64,000 nucleotides of DNA from positions 1 through 64,000 of the forward strand of contig MCFE01000153.1 of the NCBI GenBank assembly GCA_002104905.1, written 5' to 3'. Under the pieces are notes generated by a model that saw only the letters and a program-made list of their open reading frames with translations, searched no databases and was not told the DNA's origin. The translations under genes were made by a program, and so were the position numbers. This document shows positions 13,865 to 25,672 of the stretch, one piece after another. Source of the DNA: Basidiobolus meristosporus CBS 931.73 (lineage: Eukaryota; Fungi; Basidiobolomycota). Position 1 is the stretch's first letter; every line of letters begins with the position of its first letter.

Positions 13865-15376
13865 TTATTCTATCTTTTTCTCGATGTACTTCAAAATTCT
13901 GGCGGTTTCTCCGAAGATAAAGAATGTGATGGCCGAACCCGGGGCGGCTTTGAGTAGTCCAGGCAAGAGGCCTTTGTACAGCCCCAGAAAGCCTTCGGTG
14001 TACAGAATCTGGCGGATGCATGCCAACACGCCTCCGTTGTATTGAGGTATTGTGTCGATGATATACTTCGTACGATTAGGCCCTTGAATCTGGAGTTCGT
14101 GTGAGTGTGGGCGTGGATGGATCATTTATGCAACTGCATATCATGGACTGCCTACCTGTAATCTCTTTCGGACCAGATCGAATGGAAATACTCCCGTCTT
14201 ACTAATGACCCCTGCTAAACCTCCGCACAGAAAATCTTCTCCACTCTCTATCTGTTGGATCAGTCTTGAGCGCTCTTTTAACGCTTGAAATTGCCGTTTT
14301 AGAAGGTCGTAGCTGCCGAACATAAGCCCCATGTAGGGCATGATCTGGATGATCGCCGACCACATTCCACGATAAAACCCGGGTAGTCCCTCACTTCTGT
14401 ATATCTGCGAGAATGCCCCAGTAAAGCTAGTGTAGATCTGTCGGATGGTCACGTGATGAGCGACGATGGTCGAGGAGGCGAGTTACGTCCAGGTTAGGCC
14501 TACCTTGTTGCCGCCTTGTGCAGCAAACCTGGTTCGCATTAAATCTAAAGGATATGTCCCTATAGTTGCCACCACCCCAGCAGTTGCTCCCGCAAAAAAT
14601 GTATGAGAAGCTCTGGGAATGTGGATTGGTGAGTTTTCGTTCTAGGGATGGAAATTGGGATCAGGATCCATCGGCTAGTGAACGATATACTTCATACATA
14701 TATATATATATATATATAGATGGCTGATCCGAAGCTTACCAAATTTGACAGAATCTGCTCCACGCCTTTATAAGTCAAGAACTGAAGTGCACCATATGTA
14801 AGATACAGATACTCGGCTGCTAGATTCCCTTTCCAAAATCCCTAAATTAAACAGGAACTTAATTGAATCCAACATGGCTGCCCAAATCCCTGAGCGTAGT
14901 CAGAGCAACACTTACAAATATTCCCTCCTCCGCCATGATGGTTCTAAAAGTTTGTGACATGCTGGTATACTTTGAGCGGCTAGAGCCATACCCAGGCTCA
15001 CGGCGGTTTGCCTCTGGTTTGGAAAACACTCGAAAGCGTTTGTGAGAATCCAACTGCAACAGAGAAGTAACCGTCAATAAATCGACAACAACAATAAATA
15101 TCCCAGGCCGCGGTGGAAAATTACTTGTAGTCGAATCTTGATCACGTCAAGTGGAGCTATTATGAGTCTAAAGACGGTTCAGACGATGAGTATTCATTCG
15201 CGACGGAGAAGGGTCTGGCCAGCTTGTCCGTGGAAGAGAGAAGGAAGCTCCTCCATTCCAGGTAGACACCTGTGCCTCGAAGAAAGAAGGACTCACCGAG
15301 AGATCAGGCCCGCATTAGCTCCGCAAATCCCGCTTTGTATTGGGGTCAGATTACTCTCTGCTTGTCTACTTGACAT
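13865..15376 (-). CDS. TPC1: Mitochondrial thiamine pyrophosphate carrier (SLC25A19-like), multi-exon
   Basis: Three mitochondrial-carrier repeats: IAPLDVIKIRLQ, TYPLDLMRTRFAAQG, VFPFDLVRKRLQV. Also IIQIMPYMGLMFGSY and GLYKGLLPGLLKAAP, typical of Tpc1. ATG at 15376, first intron ~15295-15168. Confidence 0.9.
14698..14718. repeat. (AT)n microsatellite in a TPC1 intron
   Basis: About 10 AT units directly visible. Confidence 0.9.
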
Positions 15377-16055
15377 TCCGAAGGAAATTCCAAATGCAAC
15401 GTTCCAAGTGATGCGATGTTACCCCGAGTGAGTAGGCCACCGCAAGCGTATGGTACTGTGATAATGCTAAGGGTAAAACTCTCTCGGTCTTACGCCAGTT
15501 GAAAAATGGATATTGTCAGCCACCAACAGAAGTGTTTCGTCTCCACTGAAGTTGTTCAATGTGGGAAGAGTATTTATAGCCAAGATGATTATTCGGAGGG
15601 GAAAATGAGGTGTTAAATATTGGAAATCAATGGTAATTTGAAATTGAATTCAAAAAATCCACCCTGGGATAAAAAACTCATCGTAATAGTGGGTGGCAAC
15701 CGCTTATGGTGGTGCCCTGCCTGGTAATAATTCTTCCAGTTCAACTGTCAATTTCCTCTTCCCACTCCGCCAGGCCCGCTTGAGAAAGCATTTGTGCGGT
15801 TGCTGGAATACCTTGTGACTAGGCTTTAAAATATCCCTTTCTACTGGGCAACCGACCGCTGCACTTTCTATTGCCAGCGGCTACATGAAAGCCAAATGCT
15901 TACCGAGAGAGGCGAGCCACATGGCTTCATTGGTGTATGGGTATAGAGAATAGCAATCACTGGAGCTCATACCAAGAACGGTCAAGGAAAACTTCGTTCT
16001 GGAATCTGAGACTCAGCCGGGTCATGAAAGCTCCTTGGTTCAATCAAGCATCCTC

Positions 16056-16073
16056 CACACACACACACACACA
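16056..16073. repeat. (CA)n microsatellite in the divergent TPC1/ADCK intergenic region
   Basis: 9 CA units directly visible. Confidence 0.9.
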
Positions 16074-16733
16074 GAAAGTATCCCAGTCAACTAGTTACGC
16101 CACAGCTTAAGGAGAACAGTGTAGTATCCCTGCTTGAGTGACTATATGGGTTCTGGCCAACGTACCAAAGCCGATGTGTTTCATATCGTCATCTTTGATA
16201 GACTCAAATGTGCGCGAGACACCACAGGTTGTCACACCAACTAGTGCAGCGTAACACTTCTCATCTGCCAATACGTAATATCCGACATGAGATTGAAGGA
16301 TTCTCAAGTTACGCTTACGGACGGATACAGTACCATCGGTCGATCGAAAGACCAATCGAGTCATCCACCAGATGGTGATTGCGAGTACAATTTATGCCCG
16401 CAGCAATGTGGTTCAGAAAGCAAAGCATGAGGATCAGACTATCCCTAGCATTGTCACATACTTTCGCACTGGTATAAATATCATTTCAGTAAAGAAATAA
16501 ACGGAAATTGTGCATATTCTGCTTACACGTACAATCGCGATTTTCCACCAGGAACATCGGGCTAGTGATTAAAGCCCCCCTGACTGTTTCTTTGTTTGTC
16601 ACCAGTTTTGTTGTTTCCGTAGTGTTCAGTGCATTCCCACCAAGAAGCACACCTCCGGTCAGCCTCGTTCCTCAGCGTTTCCCAACCGTTCAGCACAAGT
16701 GCTCGCCTAATTGTTTCCCACCTTCTACTCTCC

Positions 16734-18536
16734 ATGGCCTTCCTTAGAAAGCTTGCGAAGCCCTCAGCATTTCTGGTTGGCACCGGGGCCTCGCTGTATT
16801 TTTTTGACAGTCAATTCAACTCCAAAACGTTCCAACGAAATATGCGAACGTTGTGGGCTGGCGGTATGATCATCGCCGATTACAAGCTCAATTTCCGACC
16901 TGATAAAGCGCTAGAGATTGATGCTCTCCACACTCGCGTGGCTAAGCGGATCTTAACCGTCTGCCAAAAGAATGGGTAATGGAAGTTTTTCCCTGCTGAA
17001 GAATTGTGCTTTTTGACTAACCCATCTTCCCGCTATCTCCAGTGGTCTGTATATCAAGTTCGGCCAAGTTATTGCTACACAGGCAGCGGTACTGCCTCCT
17101 CAGTACAATCGTACGTTTAAGGTGCTCTATGATGATGCTCCTAGCGTGCCCTACGAAGATGTGGTTCATATATTCCAGGAAGATTTCGGTTGTCATCCAG
17201 ACGATATGTTTGTAGAATTTGAACGCAAAGCCTTTGCCTCAGCCTCCATTGCCCAGGTTCATCGCGCCAGATTGAGGGATGGGACGCTCGTTGCCGTCAA
17301 GGTCCAGAAACCCTATATACGAGATCAGCTGGATTGGGATTTGAGAGCATACAAGGCGGTGTGTTGGCTTTTCGAGAAAGCATTCGATCTGCCAGTGTAC
17401 TGGTCGACAGAGTACACGGAGAAGCACCTACGCCAGGAGGTCGACTTCATCAACGAGGGGCACAATGCCGAAAAAGCAGCCGAGAACCTGGCCACTGACT
17501 CCAATCTGTCGAGCCAGGTGTACATTCCCAAAGTCTTTTGGAAACAGACATCCTCCCGAATTCTCACCGCCGAATGGATCGATGGCATACCATTATCGGA
17601 AACGGACAAGGTAGAGCAGTGCGGGTTCTCAACCAAGGCCATCCTAGAGACCGTCATAGGCATCTTCGCGCACCAGATATTCATGTCAGGGTTTGTACAT
17701 TGTTGGTGTCTATCCATGGTAGCCGTTTTCATACCAGCATTCACTGACCTATCCCGATTCCAGGTGACCCGCATCCAGGCAACATCCTGATTCGCAAGCA
17801 TCCCACTTCCAACAAGCCTCAAGTGGTTCTTCTGGATCACGGGCTTTACGTGACAGAGTCTGACCAGTTCAGAGCGGACTACTGCCGCCTCTGGAAATCA
17901 CTATTCTTGATGGATTCCAAGGCTTTGGAGAAGATTTGCCACGGGTGGGGCATTCGAGATGTCAACATGTTTGCGTCGGCCACCCTCCTTCGACCGTACA
18001 ACGGGAAGCAGGCGGTCCATATGACAGCCAAGCCCACAACCCGGGACGTTTATGAGATGCAGCTCCAGCTTAAGGAGCGGGCCAAGGAGTTTCTGTCTAA
18101 CACCGAGCTGATTCCTCGGGAGCTGATCTTCATTGGACGGAATATGAACATCGTGAGAGCCAACAACAAGGTGTTTGGCTCCCCGGTTAATCGCATCAAC
18201 ATGATGGCGAACTATGCGGTCAAGGGCCTTGGAGCTGACTGGTCTCAATGGTATGGCGAGGATGGCTTGATGCGTGATCCCCATGCCAGCACTGCTCGGA
18301 TTTGGTACAGGCATTTGGTGACCGCTATTCGTGGGCGTGTGTCGTATTGGACATTCCAGTTGGCGCTGCTTGCCATCTCAGCAACATACTATGCGAGCCA
18401 ACTATGGCGTACCATCAACAAGGCAATCTTTGGCAGGGATACGGGGTCGTTCGAGGATGTGTTGGATAACCAGGTGAGAGCCGCTGTGGCGAACGAGTTC
18501 GGTGTGGTGCTGGACGAGAACGCATTCGATGCATAA
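16734..18536 (+). CDS. ABC1/UbiB (ADCK1/Mcp2-like) atypical kinase, probably mitochondrial; two introns
   Basis: Motifs GLYIKFGQ, ASASIAQVHRA, VAVKVQ, EVDFINEG, and FVHC|DPHPGN across a phase-1 intron (~17702-17762), followed by LLDHGLY. Confidence 0.92.
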
Positions 18537-18737
18537 GCGAGGGTAAGTTCAGCTTGGATCCATTCATTGATCATGGTGTTCGCGCCACAACTTCAACGAA
18601 ACCACCGCGGGCGGAGTGGCCCCCCTCGTAACGGCGATCCGTGTACCCAAAAGCTCCGTTCATTCCATGCAGAATGTGATCTCCCTGTCAATGACCATTG
18701 TATTTTCTCGTCTAGTCGGTAACCCGGCAGCGCACGT

Positions 18738-18942
18738 CAGTTACATAAACACATCGAACTTGAGATTTCCAAGTCACACTCCATGATGCACATTTCGTCA
18801 TCGGTCTGCGGAACCATCCGCTCGATCCAATGGACTGCGATCCGGGGATCGGCCATGGTGAGATCTCGAGATCAAATTTGTCCATGAAAAAAATGCAAAG
18901 ATCCAGGGGGAGGAGGGGTCGAGGGAAACAACCTGGGTCACA
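18738..18942 (+). promoter_or_regulatory. Putative ribosomal-protein promoter with Homol-D-like motifs
   Basis: CAGTTACA (18738), AAGTCACA (18771) and GGGTCACA (18935) resemble the S. pombe Homol D box CAGTCACA. A G-rich tract at ~18905-18925 precedes the last one. All matches are imperfect. Confidence 0.3.
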
Positions 18943-19015
18943 GCATATAGTCTAGGGATCTTGACTTCTAGCGGTCCCTCTTTCTTTTGCTCTACACGTA
19001 GACGTTGAACTCACC

Positions 19016-19549
19016 ATGAGCCAACCAGTTCGGTTAGTAGGATTCACCGTTTCAGCAGCGATGGTGGTCAGGGGCGGCAAGCGTTCATGGAGAAGGGCTG
19101 CGATGTCGAACCCGAATTGAAGGATCGTTCCGTCGGATGCATCCATCCATCCATCATGATGTGTTACCCATAGACGCCCCCTTGGCCATCTCGTCAGCTC
19201 CGTCGCCCTACCTTGAATTCTAACCCTCTTTTGTGTAATTAGTCTTTATTCCAAGGGTCGTGTTCTAGGCTTCAAGCGTGCCAAGCGCAACCAAAGAACC
19301 AACACTTCTCTCGTTCAGCTTGAGAACGTCGCTACCAAGGAAGACACCCAATTCTACCTTGGTAAACGTGTCGCTTACGTCTACCGCGCCAAGCGTGAGA
19401 TCAACGGCTCCAAGGTCCGCGTTATCTGGGGCAGAGTCACCCGTCCCCACGGCAACTCCGGTGTCGTCAAGGCCAAGTTCCGTTCCAACTTGCCTCCCCA
19501 CAGCTTCGGCGCCAGTGTTCGTGTCATGATGTACCCATCCCGCGTCTAA
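19016..19549 (+). CDS. RPL33: 60S ribosomal protein eL33 (L35Ae), two exons
   Basis: MSQPVR | intron 19033-19242 (GTTAGT...CTAAC...TAG) | [17 protein letters not shown]...[10 protein letters not shown]...[24 protein letters not shown]...RVMMYPSRV*. Confidence 0.98.
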
Positions 19550-20005
19550 TTTTGTATGTCAACGGATTTCAAGTGTTGCCTTGGCTTGAATAAAATGATT
19601 TCAATCTATTAGAAGCAATCACCTATCCCCCATATACCGTGGATTCGCTAGCCAACGATTTGCCATCTGGTGGACGTTTCGTCAGTGTGCGGAATGGATG
19701 TTTGGTTCGCAGCACGGCCAATGGCTCCTTCGAGTCCCGCTTATTCCTTGACTCGATCTCGATGCTAGTTGGTCCCCAAGGTCTCAATTTAGGACTTGCC
19801 TTGGTTCCAGTACGCAGTACCACCAATAGAATGGGCGCCAAGTAGATTGATGCTCATGCAGGTGTCGGGGTAATCTTGCCATTCTGTAGGCCAACTCAGC
19901 GCTAAGCGTGACGAGAGTTGGTTTCACTTGGGATGCATCTCTTGCCCAGGCTACGGACTCTTAAGAACGTTGGGGCTTCGGGTTTGTCTAGTCTAGTTCC
20001 GATTA

Positions 20006-21031
20006 ATGATGCTATTACACACCTTCGGTGCACTACTGCTTCCCTTGCTTCCGACGGTATTTCAGTACTGGTCACTACGCCATAAGAACGGAGCCCACCT
20101 ACGCAGAAACACCCTCCTGGGCTTAGTACTGCAGGCCTGGATATGCGTGGTCTATGCTCCCAACAAACCCACCGAGAACCTGATCCTCAAGGGCGGGAGT
20201 TTGTTTTTCGCCTTCAGGGTGTTGAGCTTGGGTGTGTTTACTCCGCTCTCAACCACGAAGGAGATAGGCATTCAGGAGTACTATCGGGTCATATTCACGT
20301 TGATTCCTGCCGCCGGAAAGAAGTCCCGCCATGGAGGGACATTTTTGCGCTATCTGGCGATCGTGCTCGCCCAATATCTCACCGCAAACATCATCCAGCT
20401 GTATTTCCGGTACAAGCCACCCCAGACTGAATTGCCCGTTCGCACGGTGCTGTCGCTGAGACAGCCCGAACTTGCCGTTCAGCATTATCTGTATGGCTGG
20501 CTTGTGTATCTGTACATGTCCATCTACTATTTCATCTTGGTTTATCCTTGGTGCTTCGTGACCGACGCCCACTACACCCCGATCTTCGACTCCCCGTTCA
20601 TCTCGAAAAGCCCGAAGGAGTTTTGGAACGTGAGGTGGAACAAAGTGTTCCACGAGAACTTCCGTAGCTGCGTCTTCGCCCCCATCAACCAAGCGTTCGT
20701 GGTGGAGCAGTTCAGCCCGTGGAGGAAGACTGCCGTGCGCATTCTCTCGGGATTTTTCACCTTCTTCATAAGCGCGGTGGTGCACGAGTTGCTGGTGGTG
20801 TTCGGGTCCAACTCACCCCCCACTATGGAGAACACCTTGTTCTTCCTGCTTCACGGGGTCGCGGTGAGCGTGCAGGTACTGCTGGAGAAGTTCATGGGTA
20901 AGGATTTCCTCCCCAACTACGTGGGCATCATTCTGTCGAATCTGTTTTTCATCTGGACCGCACCACTGTTCGTCAGCCCATTCATGCGGAATAAACTTAT
21001 CGATAAGTGTGCCCCACCCATGCTCTTCTAG
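20006..21031 (+). CDS. MBOAT-family O-acyltransferase (wax synthase / MBOAT_2 type), intronless
   Basis: Multi-pass hydrophobic 341-aa ORF with FDSPFISKSPKEFWNVRWNKVFH and the catalytic His motif FFISAVVHEL. Confidence 0.9.
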   Translation: MMLLHTFGALLLPLLPTVFQYWSLRHKNGAHLRRNTLLGLVLQAWICVVYAPNKPTENLILKGGSLFFAFRVLSLGVFTPLSTTKEIGIQEYYRVIFTLIPAAGKKSRHGGTFLRYLAIVLAQYLTANIIQLYFRYKPPQTELPVRTVLSLRQPELAVQHYLYGWLVYLYMSIYYFILVYPWCFVTDAHYTPIFDSPFISKSPKEFWNVRWNKVFHENFRSCVFAPINQAFVVEQFSPWRKTAVRILSGFFTFFISAVVHELLVVFGSNSPPTMENTLFFLLHGVAVSVQVLLEKFMGKDFLPNYVGIILSNLFFIWTAPLFVSPFMRNKLIDKCAPPMLF

Positions 21032-21362
21032 CCGGTGGTGGCCGCGCCAAAGCTCCTTTAATAAACATAATGAACAAATTCAATTGGCGAGATTGTGCGC
21101 CATCGTTCCTCAGGCATCAGGTGTGGAGGCAAGGATAAATCAAGCAGCGGAGTGCCTTGCTTGGCACGCGAAGTTGCGAAGTATAGGTGGGGCGTTGGGT
21201 GATGCTGATGGACAAGACTTGGGATCACACAACTTTATAACATGATTTCATGAAACAAATCCAAACTTTATTCTGGTGCTCTAGGTGCCCGGCCACGCTG
21301 CCATTGAAGCGCTTGCGCAGGCCAGCGGGGAGATTCCGCGGTCGGCGCGATTAAGCAGCCGG

Positions 21363-22252
21363 TTAATGAGCGGTCCATCCGCAATCCATGGTTTGGGCAC
21401 TACCGGTGATCCCGGAGCCCGCCTCACTACACAAAAACATGACGTACTCCGCCACCTCGTGTGGCTCCAGAAGCCTTTTGATGGCGCACTCTCCGGCCAT
21501 CACCTTCTCTACCACCTGATCCTCGGGGATGCCGTGCACGAGTGCTTGCTCCACAATTTGCTTCTCGACTAAAGGTGTCTTGACATAGGATGGACATAGA
21601 CAGTTGCAGGTGACCCCATACTTACCACCTTCCAAAGCGGTGGTCTTCGTAAGTCCCAGTAGGCCATGCTTGGCTGTCACGTAGGCGGATTTATATGGAG
21701 ATGCAACCAGGGAGTGGATAGAGCCAACATTGATGATACGCCCCCACCGCTGCTCGTACATCTTTGGAAGGACTGCCTGGGTCAAAAGGAACGGGGCCGT
21801 CAACATGATTTCCTGGATGAGTCGCCATTTCTCCTCCGAGAATTTCTCGATGGGCGAGACGTGTTGTATGCCAGCGTTGTTCACCAGGACGTCCACCTAG
21901 GTGGCGGCCGAGAGTTGGCCAGGGTTAACCCGGGCGTGGAAAACTGTCAAGAATGAGGTTGACTAACCTTACTGAACTCCGCCAGGGCGACTTTGATGAG
22001 CTCCCGGGTGCTCTCGGCAAGACTCAGATCCGCCTTTACAAAAAGTGCCCTCCTTGGTTGCTCGGCCTGTTGGGAGACGCAGGTGGTGTTTAGCTCCGTG
22101 GCGAGAAGGTTTCCTTGGTCCACGGAGACATCGGAAATGACTACTGAGGCACCGGAAGCGAACAGCTTCCTTGCACATGCGGCACCGATGCCCGAGGCGG
22201 CCCCGGTGATCAAGGCCACCTTGCCGAGAAGTGGAAGCTGAGTAGTGTTCAT
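21363..22252 (-). CDS. bdhA: D-3-hydroxybutyrate dehydrogenase (bacterial BdhA-type SDR), one intron 21897-21967
   Basis: TGAASGIG, NNAGIQHVSPIE, IGSIHSLVASPYKSAYVTAKHG (read as VGSIH here), CPSYVKTPLVEKQI and MDCGWTA. These include the SDR catalytic S/Y/K and the Q, H, K, Q substrate-binding residues of BdhA enzymes. Confidence 0.88.
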
Positions 22253-23351
22253 GTTGGTGGAAAAGGGCGAGTTGACTGGTGGGTGTATGTCAAGGGTGAA
22301 TGGAATTTAACCATGTGTCAACGGAGGTCGTAGGACTGGTGGAATGGGTGCATCATCACAATTTGGTACGGGTCCCCCATTCCTTAGTTGGGCCGGATCC
22401 TTTCGAATGGGATGTTGTCACGGGTACCGACAATTTGCGTCATGCTCGAGTTGGCATCTCTAGAATGCCAGGATTTTGGGTGAGAAAGTGGTGTCGGTGC
22501 GAACCCAATATTAGCAGGTCATATGGTTAAGCCTAGGTATTCACCGGCGGTCCTTTTCTGTCTGGCCCCGCTGGCCATCATTCCCTTCGCCAAGGTTGAT
22601 TGTCAATGAAGGGCCAAGGCAAGTTGCCAGCTTGGCCCTAGTGTTGTTGATTCCCGACTGTCCTTGGGACTTTCACCAATATGGCATGGTCATCTTCTAG
22701 GATGTATAGAATCAGGCTCCAATAGACTCTGAAAATGCCCTAAACCCCTTTCCAAAAGTTTCACCCCTGATGAATATCAGATTTCTGATGGAATTATGTT
22801 GACATTATTCTGATTTTGGAGAAACTTTTCCGTAGGGCTGTTTTATTGCACTTTCCCAAGATACCCAACAGTAGTGTGCAAAGATGTCATGGAAAGCCAT
22901 GTATGGAATCACTTTGTTGCTACATCCGAGAGTCTGGATAATGCCATCAGTGATCTGGACATGCTGGAAGTGACTAGGAGAATTGGTGGACTGTAGTTTT
23001 TGTTCAATAACTTACGGAGTGCGTAAGTGCTACAATTTAGACCAACAGGTCTCAAAAAATCTGCATGCAAAGTGTGGAGGCTTTTGGATGACGTGCAACA
23101 TTTTCAACAAGATGTGAGATATCCAGAACATAAGGATTATCCAAGTAAATCACAACAAAAAGTATAGTTTGCATGTTAAGAACCAAAGGACCAAGTCAAT
23201 GTGCGTATTTAGGTGTAGGTATAAAATTTACAGGAGATGGTTCAGTTGCATCAGCTTAGTTGATACATGCATTGTGTTTCTACATGATCCACACTAGAAT
23301 ATCACAATAGTATATTCCTTGAATTTCTTTAGAGTACTCATACCTTGTCAT

Positions 23352-23692
23352 TGTTGTAAGAGTTTTGGAGATATTGGAAGTATTGGGAGAACAAGTTGAT
23401 TATGTGGTTTTCACTTGATGATTTATTGAATGTAAAAGTAGTATTTATACTTTTACATGATCTTGGCAAAGCAAATGCCTAGAGTATGCTCAGGAAAGTC
23501 ATAAGAATATGTGTGCAAAGTTTGAGGCTGTTTGGACACTTGTCATAACTTCATGTTCTGAGTACCTGATACTTTGATGATAATATTATAAGTAAATCCC
23601 AACAAGGAATTTGCTCAGAATGCTATATGATTTGTAGGTAATGATTTAAGTGATTAAGGGGAATTTTGGTGTATTTATAAATTCTTACAACA
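23352..23692 (-). mobile_element. Solo LTR, copia family 1 (degenerate)
   Basis: TGTTGTAA...TTACAACA ends, homologous to the LTRs at 31812 and 36149; flanks GTCAT/GGCAT form a near-perfect 5-bp TSD. Confidence 0.85.
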
Positions 23693-23906
23693 GGCATTAC
23701 AGCCCAGTGATGATATTCCATTCCAAGTATAGTCACAGGTTTGCTTTGCTCATATTCTTTGCTTAGAAATAGAGCATATAATAGTTGTTTGTTGCTTATA
23801 AAGCAAAATATGGATCCTCATTGCTGCAAAGTTGTGAGCTTCCATCCAATGTATATTTCTCCCAGCTTGCATCCATTGCTTCAATGATACCCCTCAAGGT
23901 CACTGT

Positions 23907-24240
23907 TGTTGTACAAGCTGTGGGGATATTGGAGGTAACTGAGAGAAGTAGATTATGTGGTTTTCACTTAATGAAATGTAAAAGTAGTATTTATAATTTC
24001 TCATGCTTTTGGCAAAAACGGGCAGGATACACTTAGAAAGGTCCCAAAAATATGTATGTAAAGTTTGGGGCCACTTTACCAGCTTGGATATTTTCTCATG
24101 CTCTGAATGCCTGATATTTTGGTGAAATACACTTGGTAAGCCCCAACAAAGTATTTGGCCAGAATTCTCTAAGGTTTGTAGACTATAATCTAAGTGACTA
24201 GGTTAAGTGAATATTTAGATGTCACTACAAAATTTACCAC
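23907..24240 (-). mobile_element. Highly degenerate solo LTR, copia family 1
   Basis: Recognisable LTR blocks (GTAGATTATGTGGTTTTCACTTAATG, TAAGTGACTAGGTTAAGTGAATATTTAG); ends eroded. Confidence 0.7.
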
Positions 24241-25672
24241 TATTCGGGGATAGCTGGATTTATGCTTGGGATATAAGTTGAATCATAATATCAGGTCCCA
24301 GATTTTATTCAAATTTTACACTTGATCAAGCAAGCCCGAATTCTGCAAATTGCACTGTGGGGTCTTCTTTAAGGCACTAAAAGACTTTACTAGCATTAGA
24401 TGCTTAATTCATTCTGGCCCCAAGACTAGATTTATTTGCTTTCAACCAGTTTGCGGTTTGAACACTGGATAGTACAATTGGAGGGCCATTTAAGATTTTA
24501 CTGTTGTTTCGCAGGCAAATGAGCCTATATGTATCCCTCCCCATTCATGCCCTGAATATGCTCACAATGTAAGATACCTATGATGTAAATGGATTTTTGG
24601 AAGGGAATATAGAAGTGCAGATTTGCATATTTACCCCAATTGGTAGAAGAAACTTGTAAATTGATGTATGCTTAGCTTTGGGAGCAAGTGAGTTTGGAGA
24701 CAAGTATATAAGATTATTAGCCTTGATCTTAACACTATCCTGTACCCAGTTAAAGTCGATATATACATTGTTGGATTCTTCAATGGCATTACTCTGGCGT
24801 ATCCATAGCTCTGAGAAAACATGTAATCCAACTGATCAACCCCGGCCAAATGAACTACTGAGCACTAAATCTATTGTTTACTACGCAATTTGACAAAAAC
24901 ACCTGGTCAGAAAACCAACCCCCATACCCCTGGGTTCGGTGCTCACCAAACCAGCCCCCTTTTCCCTCATGATAACAAAATCCTGACCAGTCTTCGTGAG
25001 TCAGACAGAATCAAACGCTGATGTAGGTCACCTATACAAAACTCAAATGAAATCCGGTTGTCTCACATCAGAGATTGCGTATATCACCGTGCGGGGCACG
25101 GTATTCCTGGCCCATGAAACAGATACCCAAACATATCGCTGAGCAATCCTGCAAGCATACTGGAGATGTTTGAGGAAGTGGGAATGGAATTGGAATGGAG
25201 CTGGCTTGAAAATGGGTAGAACTGAGGCTGTGTCTCGTAGGTTTGCACAATCCGGGCAACTCTGACAATGTGGACCAGTACAGATTTCTCCGCTGAATAA
25301 AGGGATTCAGATGGACGCGGATATGAACACAAGATATCCAAATTGGCGGCTGTGTTACATTGTGATCCGTGGAACGTGTTCTAAATGGAATCGCTTAGTA
25401 TGTGAAAGGTGTACATGTTCTCGGTGCTAGCCTAAATTAAGGGATTCCATACAAATCGGTCCGCTAAATCCCAACTGTGGCAAGAAGCACCATCACCATG
25501 CTTGAAACGGCACATTAACCATCACGGTCGGTCTGAAATACAAACGGAGCACCAGGAGCCATACTTGTACATGTCCACTGGAAAATCCTCTGCGCATTCC
25601 CAACCACCGTTTCAATTAATTTGTCAAGTGCCCCTAAGCCCCATACACCCCTGTGCCTCGATTTTCCACATC

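Noticed and set aside
15168-16700. TPP riboswitch in or upstream of TPC1
   Set aside because: No CTGAGA plus ACCTGAT-type aptamer core found on the coding strand in intron 1 or upstream.
19150-19242. C/D snoRNA in the RPL33 intron
   Set aside because: Only an imperfect C box (ATGATGT), with no downstream CTGA D box.
19265-19501. 78-aa minus-strand ORF ([10 protein letters not shown]...)
   Set aside because: Antisense shadow of the codon-biased RPL33 exon 2.
17239-21031. Overlapping ORFs within the ADCK and MBOAT genes (e.g. 17325-17840, 17901-18314, 20249-20785)
   Set aside because: Alternative-frame or antisense shadows of GC-rich real genes, with no motifs.
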